64,000 nt of DNA, taken from Candidatus Doudnabacteria bacterium. Its GTDB lineage: Bacteria; Patescibacteriota; Doudnabacteria; UBA920; VMFF01. Positions 19,568 through 29,582 of the stretch are shown piece after piece (within the stretch, counting starts at the first letter, position 1; every line of letters starts with the position of its first letter). The stretch covers positions 395,470 through 459,469 of the forward strand of contig CAWIZL010000004.1 in NCBI GenBank assembly GCA_963840645.1. The letters are read 5' to 3'. The position numbers were made by a program, and so were the translations under genes. The notes beneath the pieces are model-generated. The model was not told the DNA's origin and made no database searches. It worked only from the letters and a program-made list of their open reading frames with translations.

Positions 19568-20161
19568 TTACAACCTTACTGGAGGCATACCCACCACCAT
19601 TGGCGATGGGCCTGCAAGTATTTCCTGCAATGGGATACCCAGAAACGTTGCTACCTGGTTTGCAATTGAAAGTTCCTTGCCCTGGCCGCTCATCAGCACG
19701 CCCGCCACTGATTGCCCAGAACTCTTGGCGTTTTCTAGCGGCACCTCAGTGCCATCCTTGAAGACAATCACGGACTGCGAGGTGAGCACCTCTTGTGGCA
19801 CTGACATGGCACCCTTTTCAGCAGGTGTGCTCTGCTGCATGTGGTACTCCTTGCGCAACTCAACACGCACGGCATCCTGCGTGGCGTACGCTGCTGACTT
19901 ACCTGCCAGAATGCTCTTCTTTGCAAAAGAAATTTGGCTCCTGTTGATTTGCACTGTGATGCTGCCACTGACCAAGATCAGCACGAGTCCGAAAACAAAG
20001 ACTACGACAGGAACCCAGATAATGTTTGAGAAACCAGAAGTAGCATAGTAGTGGTAGGATAGGTACAAACCTACGAGCAGCAATATTACGCCAATGACCA
20101 AGCTAGAGGCATTGCCATCTTTCAAGGTCATCTCATCTTGTGTCTGGTTCACGATTTTCAT
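19568..20161 (-). CDS. membrane protein, unknown function
   Basis: 197-aa ORF with two N-terminal TM segments. Confidence 0.6.
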   Translation of the reverse strand: MKIVNQTQDEMTLKDGNASSLVIGVILLLVGLYLSYHYYATSGFSNIIWVPVVVFVFGLVLILVSGSITVQINRSQISFAKKSILAGKSAAYATQDAVRVELRKEYHMQQSTPAEKGAMSVPQEVLTSQSVIVFKDGTEVPLENAKSSGQSVAGVLMSGQGKELSIANQVATFLGIPLQEILAGPSPMVVGMPPVRL

Positions 20162-20177
20162 ACCTTAAATGTTAATT

Positions 20178-21212
20178 TTATTGGCTAACTAAATTTAGTG
20201 CTGCTTGGGTGTCGTAGGACGGTTGTCCGCCTACTGTTCCGTCATTTACTTGTTGTATGCCGGTGAGCGTCATCGTGTAGCCGTACAAAGACGTGGAGCC
20301 ATTTACATTCAAAGATACTGACTGGCTCTGCCCAGAAGCATTGTCCTTTACCGTCATGGTGAGCTGGCTCATTGTTAAGTTGGTGACTTGAAAGTAAAGA
20401 GCACCCCCATTGCCGCCGCCGCTTTCACCGGAGCCTTGGTATAGGTCCAACGTTTCTAAACCAGCGCCGAGCGTTGGAGTTGTACCAGCAACTGTTGTTG
20501 GGATTGGAGTTTCAGTTGGCGTAGGTGCTTGCGTTGATGGGAACATTGGCGCGCTCACAGAAGCACTACCCTGCGCCGCTTTCGGCAGGGTAATTTTGCA
20601 GTACTGGTTGAGGGAGGCGGTGGTGGCACTTGAACCCGTTGACGGGTTCTGCCAATCGCCGAGGTAGGTCGCCAAGAGTGGAAGCGTGAACGTGCAGTCC
20701 TGGGTCATGCCGATGCTCACCTGCTGCGACTGGTTGTACTGCGCGATCGACTGCGTGTAGGTATCCAACTGCGCCTGGGTGATTTTACCAGAAGCCAGGT
20801 ACTGGTTTTCCAAGCTGGTGTCAACGACCACGCTGAACGCCGTCCTCGTCGAAAATATGTGGCAGTACTGTCCAGAGTAGCCGAGTATCTGCGCGTGCTC
20901 GCTATCATTGTTTATGACCCCAAGCCCCGTGTTCTGGTTGATTGTGGCGTTCACCTCTGACGGGCTGCACGTCTTCGAGGCAGCAACAAACCCAGCAAAG
21001 TCTGTGCCGTAGTCTTTAGTGTTAGTTGTTGGGGTTGGGGTAACCGCAACCATTGTTGGCGTGGGACTGGCTGTTGGTGCTGAGCTGGGCGTTTGAGTAG
21101 TAGTTTGTGCAGCTTGGATAGGTGCAGGTGTCTGAGTGGAAACCTGCGGAGAAGAATTGCATCCAGCAGCTATGAGGACAACGACGGGCAAAACCAGTAA
21201 AAACCTTTTCAT
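20178..21212 (-). CDS. lipoprotein, Thr/Pro/Gln-rich
   Basis: MKRFLLVLPVVVLIAAGCNSS, a signal peptide with a lipobox. Confidence 0.7.
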   Translation of the reverse strand: MKRFLLVLPVVVLIAAGCNSSPQVSTQTPAPIQAAQTTTQTPSSAPTASPTPTMVAVTPTPTTNTKDYGTDFAGFVAASKTCSPSEVNATINQNTGLGVINNDSEHAQILGYSGQYCHIFSTRTAFSVVVDTSLENQYLASGKITQAQLDTYTQSIAQYNQSQQVSIGMTQDCTFTLPLLATYLGDWQNPSTGSSATTASLNQYCKITLPKAAQGSASVSAPMFPSTQAPTPTETPIPTTVAGTTPTLGAGLETLDLYQGSGESGGGNGGALYFQVTNLTMSQLTMTVKDNASGQSQSVSLNVNGSTSLYGYTMTLTGIQQVNDGTVGGQPSYDTQAALNLVSQ

Positions 21213-21308
21213 TTGGTTGAGGTTATTAATTTACTACAGTGTGGCATGAATTACCCGTTTAAACAAACTTGCTTTCTCTTAGTAAAGCTAGTCCAACCCG
21301 TTTTCGCC

Positions 21309-21469
21309 TTAAGTGGTATATGTATCTAGTATAACGGGAACATGGAGACAGGGGCGCAAAACGCAGGGAGCAGCGTGGGCGCGTGGCAGTGCCACATTGC
21401 CCCCGCAGCCACGGGAGCGGCGAAGAGCTTGAGACAATACCCAAAGGCGAGTATCCTGCTGATACCAAC

Positions 21470-21497
<28 letters not shown>
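21309..21497 (-). CDS. remnant of a small Pro-rich protein (homolog of 27593..27796), 5' end overlapping recombinase A
   Basis: The C-terminus ...NVALPRAHAAPCVLRPCLHVPVILDTYTT aligns in frame with ...GVAAPPRTPPAPCPPVILDI of element B. The N-terminal part is antisense of the recombinase start. Confidence 0.3.
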
Positions 21498-22997
<1,500 letters not shown>

Positions 22998-23027
22998 GCA
23001 TATAATTGTGCGAGCATGCCTAGCGCT

Positions 23028-23140
23028 GGTGGTGCGCACTCTGGGACGAAGTGGGACGAGCACTGCAAAACCACCAACTGAGAGATTATAGCGTAAACAA
23101 TGAAAAAGGGCAACAAATTTGGCAGCAAACTAAAGGCTAG
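23028..23140 (+). repeat. attL of element B: tRNA-Arg 3'-end core GGTGGTGCGC fused to the orphan recombinase tail (ALWDEVGRALQNH...*)
   Basis: ..g tgg tgc gca ctc tgg gac gaa gtg ..., in the same frame as agg tgg tgc gcc at the recombinase B / tRNA-Arg junction. It lies 30 nt from the tRNA-Lys 5' end. Confidence 0.7.
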
Positions 23141-23163
23141 AATTGAGCTCCTTTTACAAATCC

Positions 23164-23192
23164 TTGACAAATAATCATATATATGATACTAT
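23164..23192 (+). promoter_or_regulatory. sigma70-like promoter
   Basis: TTGACA, 17 nt, TACTAT. Confidence 0.55.
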
Positions 23193-23214
23193 ATTAATAG
23201 TCAAGGAGGAATTT

Positions 23215-23499
23215 ATGAAGCAAACCAGAAGCAAACGGCACGAAGTCGCAGGTGCTCGCCACGGCGAGCAGTACCTGCTCTACGCAACGATCGAAGAAGC
23301 CTCGGCGGCAACCACGAGGGCAATGGCCAAGGTCAAGCAGCCCTACGAGCTGCCGTACAGGACGCGCGTAGACCATGCCACGTACATGCGACTGTGCAAG
23401 CGCAAAACAGGATTGCCTGTAGACGCTCGCCCGCGGCGCATTGCGCGGATGAACCGCTCCGAAATGCACAGAGCATTCGGACCACTGTCAGTCTGGTAG
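23215..23499 (+). CDS. small basic hypothetical protein
   Basis: MKQTRSKRHEVAGARHGEQ... with SD AAGGAGG. Confidence 0.5.
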   Translation: MKQTRSKRHEVAGARHGEQYLLYATIEEASAATTRAMAKVKQPYELPYRTRVDHATYMRLCKRKTGLPVDARPRRIARMNRSEMHRAFGPLSVW

Positions 23500-23577
23500 C
23501 AAAACACGACCCGGTAGCTTCTCAAAGCTATCGGGTTTGTCATTAAATTTTTCAATGCTACAATTAGCACATTACCA

Positions 23578-24111
23578 ATGGATAAGAAAATACGCATGGA
23601 TTCAGAATTGACACCACACACAGGAGAACCAACACTGAGCGCGAGCGAACGTCAGGGAAACGAAGCGCAGCTTAGACGAGATCGAATTAGACTTGAATAC
23701 CATATTACCGATGAAGAAGGTTTACGCTTTACAGAAAAATTGAAAGAGAAAATCCTTTCGTTACCAGAGGAGCCATCCACAGAAGCAATCGTGGACAGCA
23801 TGGATAGCGCGTTTGAAGGTAATGACGACAGAACTTTAGAAATCAAAAACGCTTACATGGACAGCCTGGCTGGGAAAGCCGCTGAGATGATACATTTCTA
23901 TCTCACCCCAGATCAGCAACTTTTGGCAGAACCGTTCACCGAAAGGCTGCGCGAGCATGTTTCAGGTGAGCACAGGTTTACGAGCTTCGCCGATGCCTAC
24001 GAGGAACTATCTAAGAATCAAAATACCCTCGCCAAGATGGGCTTCGATAAGGATGCACTGGTAAAAATGTTTTTCATTGAACTCAAAGATTATTTGCAGC
24101 AGGCCAAATAG
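23578..24111 (+). CDS. acidic hypothetical protein
   Basis: 177-aa ORF with no competing ORF. Confidence 0.5.
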   Translation: MDKKIRMDSELTPHTGEPTLSASERQGNEAQLRRDRIRLEYHITDEEGLRFTEKLKEKILSLPEEPSTEAIVDSMDSAFEGNDDRTLEIKNAYMDSLAGKAAEMIHFYLTPDQQLLAEPFTERLREHVSGEHRFTSFADAYEELSKNQNTLAKMGFDKDALVKMFFIELKDYLQQAK

Positions 24112-24150
24112 TCTTCTGTTTTTGAAAAGAAAAATTGCTAAAAATAAGCT

Positions 24151-24939
24151 CTAGCTCTTCCAGGCAAAGATACTTCCTGCCACGTGCTGTTCTTCAAATA
24201 CATTCGCAGGATTAATCTTCAATAGCTCGGCGGTCAGCTCTTTTTCGTAGGCCGTAGCTCTGTCTCCAAATAATCTCCTTGTAGCGTAAGATGTGGTGTA
24301 CTGGCCATTGATAATATCCTCAGCCGTTACCACCTGCACTGCCGAAGGGTACTTCTTGTACCCCAACCTTTCAAAGCCAGCCCGCCTTAAAATTTCTTCA
24401 TGTTTCTCTGGCTCTATCTTGAACAACCCATCTCCCGCTCGCCGCTCACTACCCAAATATTTTTTGATGACCTCTAATACTTTCTCTTCCCACACGCTGC
24501 GCTCCTTATTCCATATGCTCTGGCCAGTCCACGTTATGAAGATGCCACCATCTTCATCCAGTATCTTGGATGCTAACTTTGCAAATCTTTCTCTGTCCAG
24601 CCAGTGGAACGATGAGCCGAGCGTGACTAGCTTGAATTTACCAACCTCTTCGTTCAACTCATCACCCGACTTGTTGAGCCACTGGATGTTTTCAACCCCA
24701 AATTGATGCGCTCTTTCTCGTCCAGCCTCTGCCATGCCAGGGTCAACCTCGACCGCGACTACCTCTTTAAAATATTTGCTCAGCGGTACTGCGAGAACAC
24801 CTGGACCAGAGCCAACATCGAGTAACCTGCCCTGTCCGTTCAAGCCAAACTTAGCTACAACGTCCTCAAACATTTCTTGTGGGTAAGGTGCGCGGTACTT
24901 GGCGTAGTATTTTGACGTGCCATCGAAAAGTGTTTTCAT
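24151..24939 (-). CDS. class I SAM-dependent methyltransferase
   Basis: Motif I LLDVGSGPGVLA followed by an acidic residue at the end of beta-2 (VAVEVD). Confidence 0.85.
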   Translation of the reverse strand: MKTLFDGTSKYYAKYRAPYPQEMFEDVVAKFGLNGQGRLLDVGSGPGVLAVPLSKYFKEVVAVEVDPGMAEAGRERAHQFGVENIQWLNKSGDELNEEVGKFKLVTLGSSFHWLDRERFAKLASKILDEDGGIFITWTGQSIWNKERSVWEEKVLEVIKKYLGSERRAGDGLFKIEPEKHEEILRRAGFERLGYKKYPSAVQVVTAEDIINGQYTTSYATRRLFGDRATAYEKELTAELLKINPANVFEEQHVAGSIFAWKS

Positions 24940-25622
24940 GCTATCCCAATTTGCACAATTGCTTCTATCTTCTCAACGAGCATCCGCGTCTCGTCATCGT
25001 AGGCTACGTCTCCCCGCTCACCGTACTTCTTGATCCTCAGGTACTCGCCCCACACGCGCTCTCGCCCGAATGCGTACGTATGCCACGTGGTAGCATCCAG
25101 GATTATGTCGGTATTTGGGTAAACTGCGCTAAAAGTTTTCTGAACGAGCTTTGCGGTTGGCAAAAATTTCCTCAGCGTGAGGTACGCCCGCCGTGAAGCG
25201 TGGCTCTTGAAAACGTAGAGTACTTTTTCGTACGAGCTAAAATCTAAAACCTTTAGTGATTCGGTTACGTTCTCAAGGGTGTTAGCTGAAGTAGTTTCCG
25301 AGTAAAACTCCACACCAGGAAAATCTGTCTTATCTATTCTATCCAGCACGTAAGAGCTTTCTGGCTTCTCTATTCCGTTAACGCCGCCGTACTTAGCCGA
25401 TGAGCCGCCACTGATGAAAACTTTTTTTGAGATGTTGTGATTGAGAAGATCGGTTATGATGCCCACCACAATATCAGGCTCAAGTGGTGTAGAGAATACG
25501 AAGATTAGATCTGCTGGCTCAATTGGATCATCACGACGAAAGCAAAGCTGGGTGACCAGCTTGATAGCCTCATCACTTAGCTCAGGAACTGCTGGATGTC
25601 GATCCACTTCTCTTGCTTGCAT
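24936..25622 (-). CDS. YdcF/DUF218-like protein
   Basis: Pattern ...VFISGGSS...E...YSETTSANTLENV... is typical of DUF218. The stop overlaps the next gene's start by 4 nt. Confidence 0.6.
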   Translation of the reverse strand: MQAREVDRHPAVPELSDEAIKLVTQLCFRRDDPIEPADLIFVFSTPLEPDIVVGIITDLLNHNISKKVFISGGSSAKYGGVNGIEKPESSYVLDRIDKTDFPGVEFYSETTSANTLENVTESLKVLDFSSYEKVLYVFKSHASRRAYLTLRKFLPTAKLVQKTFSAVYPNTDIILDATTWHTYAFGRERVWGEYLRIKKYGERGDVAYDDETRMLVEKIEAIVQIGIA

Positions 25623-25633
25623 TTATGGATCTC

Positions 25634-26368
25634 TTAATACAACTTAGCTAACTTTTTTAGCTTTTCACCCGTTGGCGTGGAGGTAATTTTTTGAATATTT
25701 TCAGTCTGAAATTTCAACACGTCTACAGTTTTATTTGGTGTATACGTTTGGGCTTCATTAGAAAACTGGGATACTCCATACTTCCTAACGTTAAACTTCT
25801 TATCGGCAGTAGATTTTTTTAACTCGTTTACCTTCGCATCATCACCTTCAGGTAGGGCATCAATTTGAAATTCATCATGAATTGTTGCGAGCATTCTCTG
25901 TGCAACTTTTGCCCTTTCTTCCGTTGAGATCCAAAAGAAATTATTTTGGCGATTAACAAAATCCTCGATAATCTCAGAAGAATTATAGAACGAGTTTAGG
26001 AGCTGGAGCTGATCGATATCAAAATCTCTCACGAATAGGTGTGAGTACTTTCTCCAATTATTTGTGGGCAAAACAGAGGGCAGATCACCAATGTTATTTG
26101 AACGTAGTTTTTCAATGATGATATCAATCTTGGCTTCAGCATTCCTGATTTCGAAAATTACAGTTGTAGCGGCGTTTGTTTTGATATCCAGTTGTTGTTT
26201 GTTATAGACGAACAGAGCGAAACTGCCAACTACAAATGTAACAGTTGCGAAAAAGAAACTACTGTTAGCAAAATGAGAATGCGCTTTATATAACCACAAT
26301 CCACCAAGCACATAAAGAACATAGATGATTGCCAATAACAGGTAGGGATTGGATTTAATTTTTTTCAT
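25634..26368 (-). CDS. membrane-anchored hypothetical protein
   Basis: 244-aa ORF with two N-terminal TM segments. Confidence 0.55.
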   Translation of the reverse strand: MKKIKSNPYLLLAIIYVLYVLGGLWLYKAHSHFANSSFFFATVTFVVGSFALFVYNKQQLDIKTNAATTVIFEIRNAEAKIDIIIEKLRSNNIGDLPSVLPTNNWRKYSHLFVRDFDIDQLQLLNSFYNSSEIIEDFVNRQNNFFWISTEERAKVAQRMLATIHDEFQIDALPEGDDAKVNELKKSTADKKFNVRKYGVSQFSNEAQTYTPNKTVDVLKFQTENIQKITSTPTGEKLKKLAKLY

Positions 26369-26432
26369 AAAATTCTTTAGTGGTTGACTGATTAGAATAG
26401 TCGAGGCGAACGAATCATCTTTTCTTATTTTT

Positions 26433-27371
26433 CTAAATTAGTCTCCTGACCTTGTAGATAAAGCACCCTGGCTTTATTTTGTACGCCCCGTCCTCATTTT
26501 TGTAAACTGACAAGTCTTTCTCTAGAGAGTTTAGGATTTCTTCAACATCGGGATTTTGGTTGAAGTGGCACTCCATGTGAAAGTTCATGTAGTACTCTAG
26601 GACTGCCTCCGTGTTTTCAAAGACCAGCGGCTCTCCAATTAAGTGGCTGACCTCGGCTTCTACGATGCCATCCCTCTGTAATTTTTCCAGCACCGCATCA
26701 ACAGCCAGCTTTGAGGGGCTTTGCTTGTCAGGGTTGTGGAAAACAGGGTTGTCTCTCTTGCGCTGACTTATTGACGGACGCTGCTCATCTGACAGAGAAT
26801 CGAAGTGCGTCAGAAAAAATAGACCGCCCACGTTCAAAGTTTTTGTAAACAATCTATTTAGCGCGGCTTCAATTTTTGGCACACCTTTTTCTAGACCATC
26901 TATTTTTAGATGCTGGTGCACGGAGTGAGACAGGCTCCACATGCTGAATACCAAATCGTAGCTGCTCTCTGTAGAGTTTATGAAATCTATGGTGTCAGAC
27001 TGAACTGTATTGACGTTATGGTAATCAGCCAGTAAGGACTTGGCATGTTCCAGCATTGTGCGGCTCAGGTCAACGAGGTCTATCTTCTCGTAGTTAGACA
27101 GAGCCTCTAAAACTGGCATCGTCGCCCTAGCTGAACCACAGCCAAACTCCAAAATGCTTTTTACTTTCTGTTCTTTCTGAACAGCCTCTTGAAGGTATGC
27201 CAAATCGTCCTTGCCATCAAAAATGTACCTCTTCAGTATGGTACTGTACTCGTGCGGATCGAGGTAAAGGCCTTCGTCAGGCTGTAGCTTAAGCCACGCG
27301 TAATCTTTTCTTTGCATTGAATTCTTTAATCTCTTGGTAATTGCCGAAGTATGCTTGGTATATTCTGCCAT
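26433..27371 (-). CDS. class I SAM-dependent methyltransferase
   Basis: Motif I ILEFGCGSARAT, then DLVDLS. Confidence 0.8.
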   Translation of the reverse strand: MAEYTKHTSAITKRLKNSMQRKDYAWLKLQPDEGLYLDPHEYSTILKRYIFDGKDDLAYLQEAVQKEQKVKSILEFGCGSARATMPVLEALSNYEKIDLVDLSRTMLEHAKSLLADYHNVNTVQSDTIDFINSTESSYDLVFSMWSLSHSVHQHLKIDGLEKGVPKIEAALNRLFTKTLNVGGLFFLTHFDSLSDEQRPSISQRKRDNPVFHNPDKQSPSKLAVDAVLEKLQRDGIVEAEVSHLIGEPLVFENTEAVLEYYMNFHMECHFNQNPDVEEILNSLEKDLSVYKNEDGAYKIKPGCFIYKVRRLI

Positions 27372-27406
27372 AATATTTTAAACTTTGCAATGTTACCAAG
27401 AAAAAA

Positions 27407-27582
27407 TTGACTTCTTCCCCCAACAGGAATATGCTGCTCTTGGTAACGAAAGTTACTAACCTACTTACGTCCTACCCAGCAAACGTTAGTTTTAGCTAAG
27501 GTCGCGGATATCACTTTTGATATTTCTTAGCTAGGCGAAATTCGTAGTGTACCAGAATACCAGACCACAATCTGGTTTTTTT
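27407..27582 (+). promoter_or_regulatory. promoter plus ~140-nt structured transcript ending in a terminator (candidate sRNA or leader upstream of recombinase B)
   Basis: TTGACT (27407), 17 nt, TATGCT (27430). Internal hairpins (tagctaag...cttagcta; atatca...tgatat). accaga-ccacaa-tctggt followed by T7 at 27559-27582. Confidence 0.35.
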
Positions 27583-27592
27583 CGTGCACACT

Positions 27593-27796
27593 ATGAAGTA
27601 CAGCCAACAATTGCAGGATAGGCTGAAAGCCTACCTGTTAGAACTGAATGGTGTCCAAATTACCACAGACGAGGCTGAGGCTTACTTGGATTCTATGGCT
27701 AGCTACTTTCTGCTCGTTGGCAAGCGCGGCGAGGGTGTCGCGGCACCGCCGCGCACCCCGCCTGCTCCCTGCCCCCCAGTTATACTTGATATATAG
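27593..27796 (+). CDS. small protein with Pro-rich C-terminus
   Basis: MKYSQQLQDRLKAYLLELNG...PPRTPPAPCPPVILDI. The C-terminus is conserved in element A. No SD. Confidence 0.4.
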   Translation: MKYSQQLQDRLKAYLLELNGVQITTDEAEAYLDSMASYFLLVGKRGEGVAAPPRTPPAPCPPVILDI

Positions 27797-27885
27797 CTCA
27801 CTTAATCCGAAAATGGAAACAATGAAACATCTGTTCTTGAATGTCAAAGTGGCAAAAGAAATTTTTAAGTAGTAGAATGCCTACC

Positions 27886-29403
27886 ATGAACATTCTCTAC
27901 TGCCGTAAATCATCAGAAGCCGCTGACAGACAGGTGGCATCCATAGATTCCCAGAAAGACACCCTGCTTGAGCTGGCTGAAAAGTCTGGCTTGGGTGATG
28001 TTAAAATTTTCACCGAGAGCATGTCCGCCAAAGAACCAGGCAGGGTAGAGTTTGCAAAAATGATTACGCTGGTCAAGGCAAACCCAGGCAGCACATTGCT
28101 CGTGTGGAAACTAGACAGGCTTGCTCGTAATCCCGTAGATGAGGGAGAAATAAAATGGCAGTTGCAGATTAAAACAATTGCACGAATCATCACGCCCGAG
28201 AGAACCTACTACCCAGAAGACAACTCTTTGATCGCCTCTGTGGAGTTCGGCATGGCAACTCAGTACATCAAAGATTTGTCTGCCAACGTAAAGCGCGGCA
28301 ACAAGAGCAGACTAGAAAAAGGTGGGCTGCCTGGCGCAGCACCGATTGGCTACTTGGACAACAAGCTCACCAAGCACAAAGAGGTTGACCCTGTGAGGTC
28401 AGTCTTCATCAGGCAAGCATTCGAACTGTACGCCACTGGTGGGTACTCGCTCAAGCAGATCAACGTAATGATGCACGAGAAAGGCTTGCGCAGTAAGGGT
28501 GGGCTGAAACTCAGCAAGTCGAAGATGCACTACATGCTACAGAACCCCTTCTACCACGGCATCATCCGCAGGGACGGACAATTTTACAACGGCGCACATG
28601 AGCCGCTGGTGTCCACACAACTGTTCCAAGACGTACAGCGCGTCCTGTCGGGCAAGTCTCGCCCACGACCTCAGAACCACTTCTTCCACCTTAGAGGCAT
28701 GGTGTCATGCGCCCAGTGTGGCTGCGCCTACACTGGCTCAGACAAGAAAGGCCACGTGTACTACTACTGCACGAACGGACGAGGCAAGTGCGATCAACAT
28801 AAAAAGTACATCAGCAAGAAAGCTATCGATGAGCTGACTGCAAAACTCTTCACCGAAATTCAGTTCTCCGAAGAAGCCATTGAGATTGGATACCTTGCCG
28901 CCAAGGAAAACGCCGTTGCACAGTCCAGCTCTTCGCACACCCAAGAAAGCGAATCCTCCAAGAGGCTCAAGATCGTCCGCCAGCAGCTCGCGAACCTCGT
29001 GGAGGTAATCGCGACTGACCCGAGCACGGTGAACGTGCTCAAGCCCCAAATCTTGTCTCTGGAGGCGGAAGCAAAAGCAATCGAGGGTCAGGTTTCAACT
29101 GCCAAGCCCCAAACGCTCGATGAAGCCTTATCTACTTTGGAACAAACAAAAAAGGCCTTTCTACAGGCCTCTTCTGCTAGTTCTGACTATTCAAATGGCA
29201 CTGATGCGTACAAGTTTGAAATGCTCAAAAATTTACTTTGGAACTTTTCACTGGAAGACCAAACTGTGCAGTCGTACCAGTTCAAAACGCCGTTTTCTCT
29301 GCTCGCCAAATCCCCTAAAAACCTCGATTTGGACAGGTGGTGCGCCCGGCAGGATTCGAACCTGCTACCTTGTGGTTCGAAGCCACACGCTCTATCCAAA
29401 TGA
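27886..29403 (+). CDS. large serine recombinase B
   Basis: Paralog of A, with most positions identical by eye. Zinc ribbon CAQCGCAYTGSDKKGHVYYYCTNGRGKCDQH. The last ~22 codons are antisense of tRNA-Arg. Confidence 0.9.
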   Translation: MNILYCRKSSEAADRQVASIDSQKDTLLELAEKSGLGDVKIFTESMSAKEPGRVEFAKMITLVKANPGSTLLVWKLDRLARNPVDEGEIKWQLQIKTIARIITPERTYYPEDNSLIASVEFGMATQYIKDLSANVKRGNKSRLEKGGLPGAAPIGYLDNKLTKHKEVDPVRSVFIRQAFELYATGGYSLKQINVMMHEKGLRSKGGLKLSKSKMHYMLQNPFYHGIIRRDGQFYNGAHEPLVSTQLFQDVQRVLSGKSRPRPQNHFFHLRGMVSCAQCGCAYTGSDKKGHVYYYCTNGRGKCDQHKKYISKKAIDELTAKLFTEIQFSEEAIEIGYLAAKENAVAQSSSSHTQESESSKRLKIVRQQLANLVEVIATDPSTVNVLKPQILSLEAEAKAIEGQVSTAKPQTLDEALSTLEQTKKAFLQASSASSDYSNGTDAYKFEMLKNLLWNFSLEDQTVQSYQFKTPFSLLAKSPKNLDLDRWCARQDSNLLPCGSKPHALSK

Positions 29404-29414
29404 GCTACGGGCGC
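29338..29414 (-). tRNA. tRNA-Arg(TCG)
   Basis: GCGCCCG TA GCTC ATTTGGATA GAGC G TGTGG CTTCGAA CCACA AGGTA GCAGG TTCGAAT CCTGC CGGGCGC A CCA. Confidence 0.92.
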
Positions 29415-29523
29415 ATGACGTACTCTGCACCAAATTATACCGTAGCCATTAAAAAAATTCAATGGCAGGAAACAAAAGGTCACCCCAGATTAATCCTTAC
29501 GAGTTTACTTTGGCACCAGGTAG

Positions 29524-29553
29524 CAAAACCCCCGCTCTTGCGAGCGGGGGTTT
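29524..29553 (-). terminator. intrinsic terminator of the giant surface-protein gene
   Basis: cccccgct...agcggggg stem; the minus strand continues TTTTGC. Confidence 0.7.
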
Positions 29554-29582
29554 CTTGCTGAGCTAGTGAGCGCTATTCGCTA

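Larger units (their letters stand above)
23028..29347. mobile_element. integrative element B (~6.3 kb) in the tRNA-Arg 3' end
   Basis: Bounded by 10-nt cores at 23028 and 29338. The cargo is visibly AT-richer. Serine recombinase B sits at the right end. Confidence 0.7.

Noticed and set aside
27392-27447. 10-bp perfect inverted repeats flanking a promoter, considered as an invertible promoter switch
   Set aside because: Only 36 bp separate the repeats, far shorter than known invertons. An operator or RNA hairpin is more likely.
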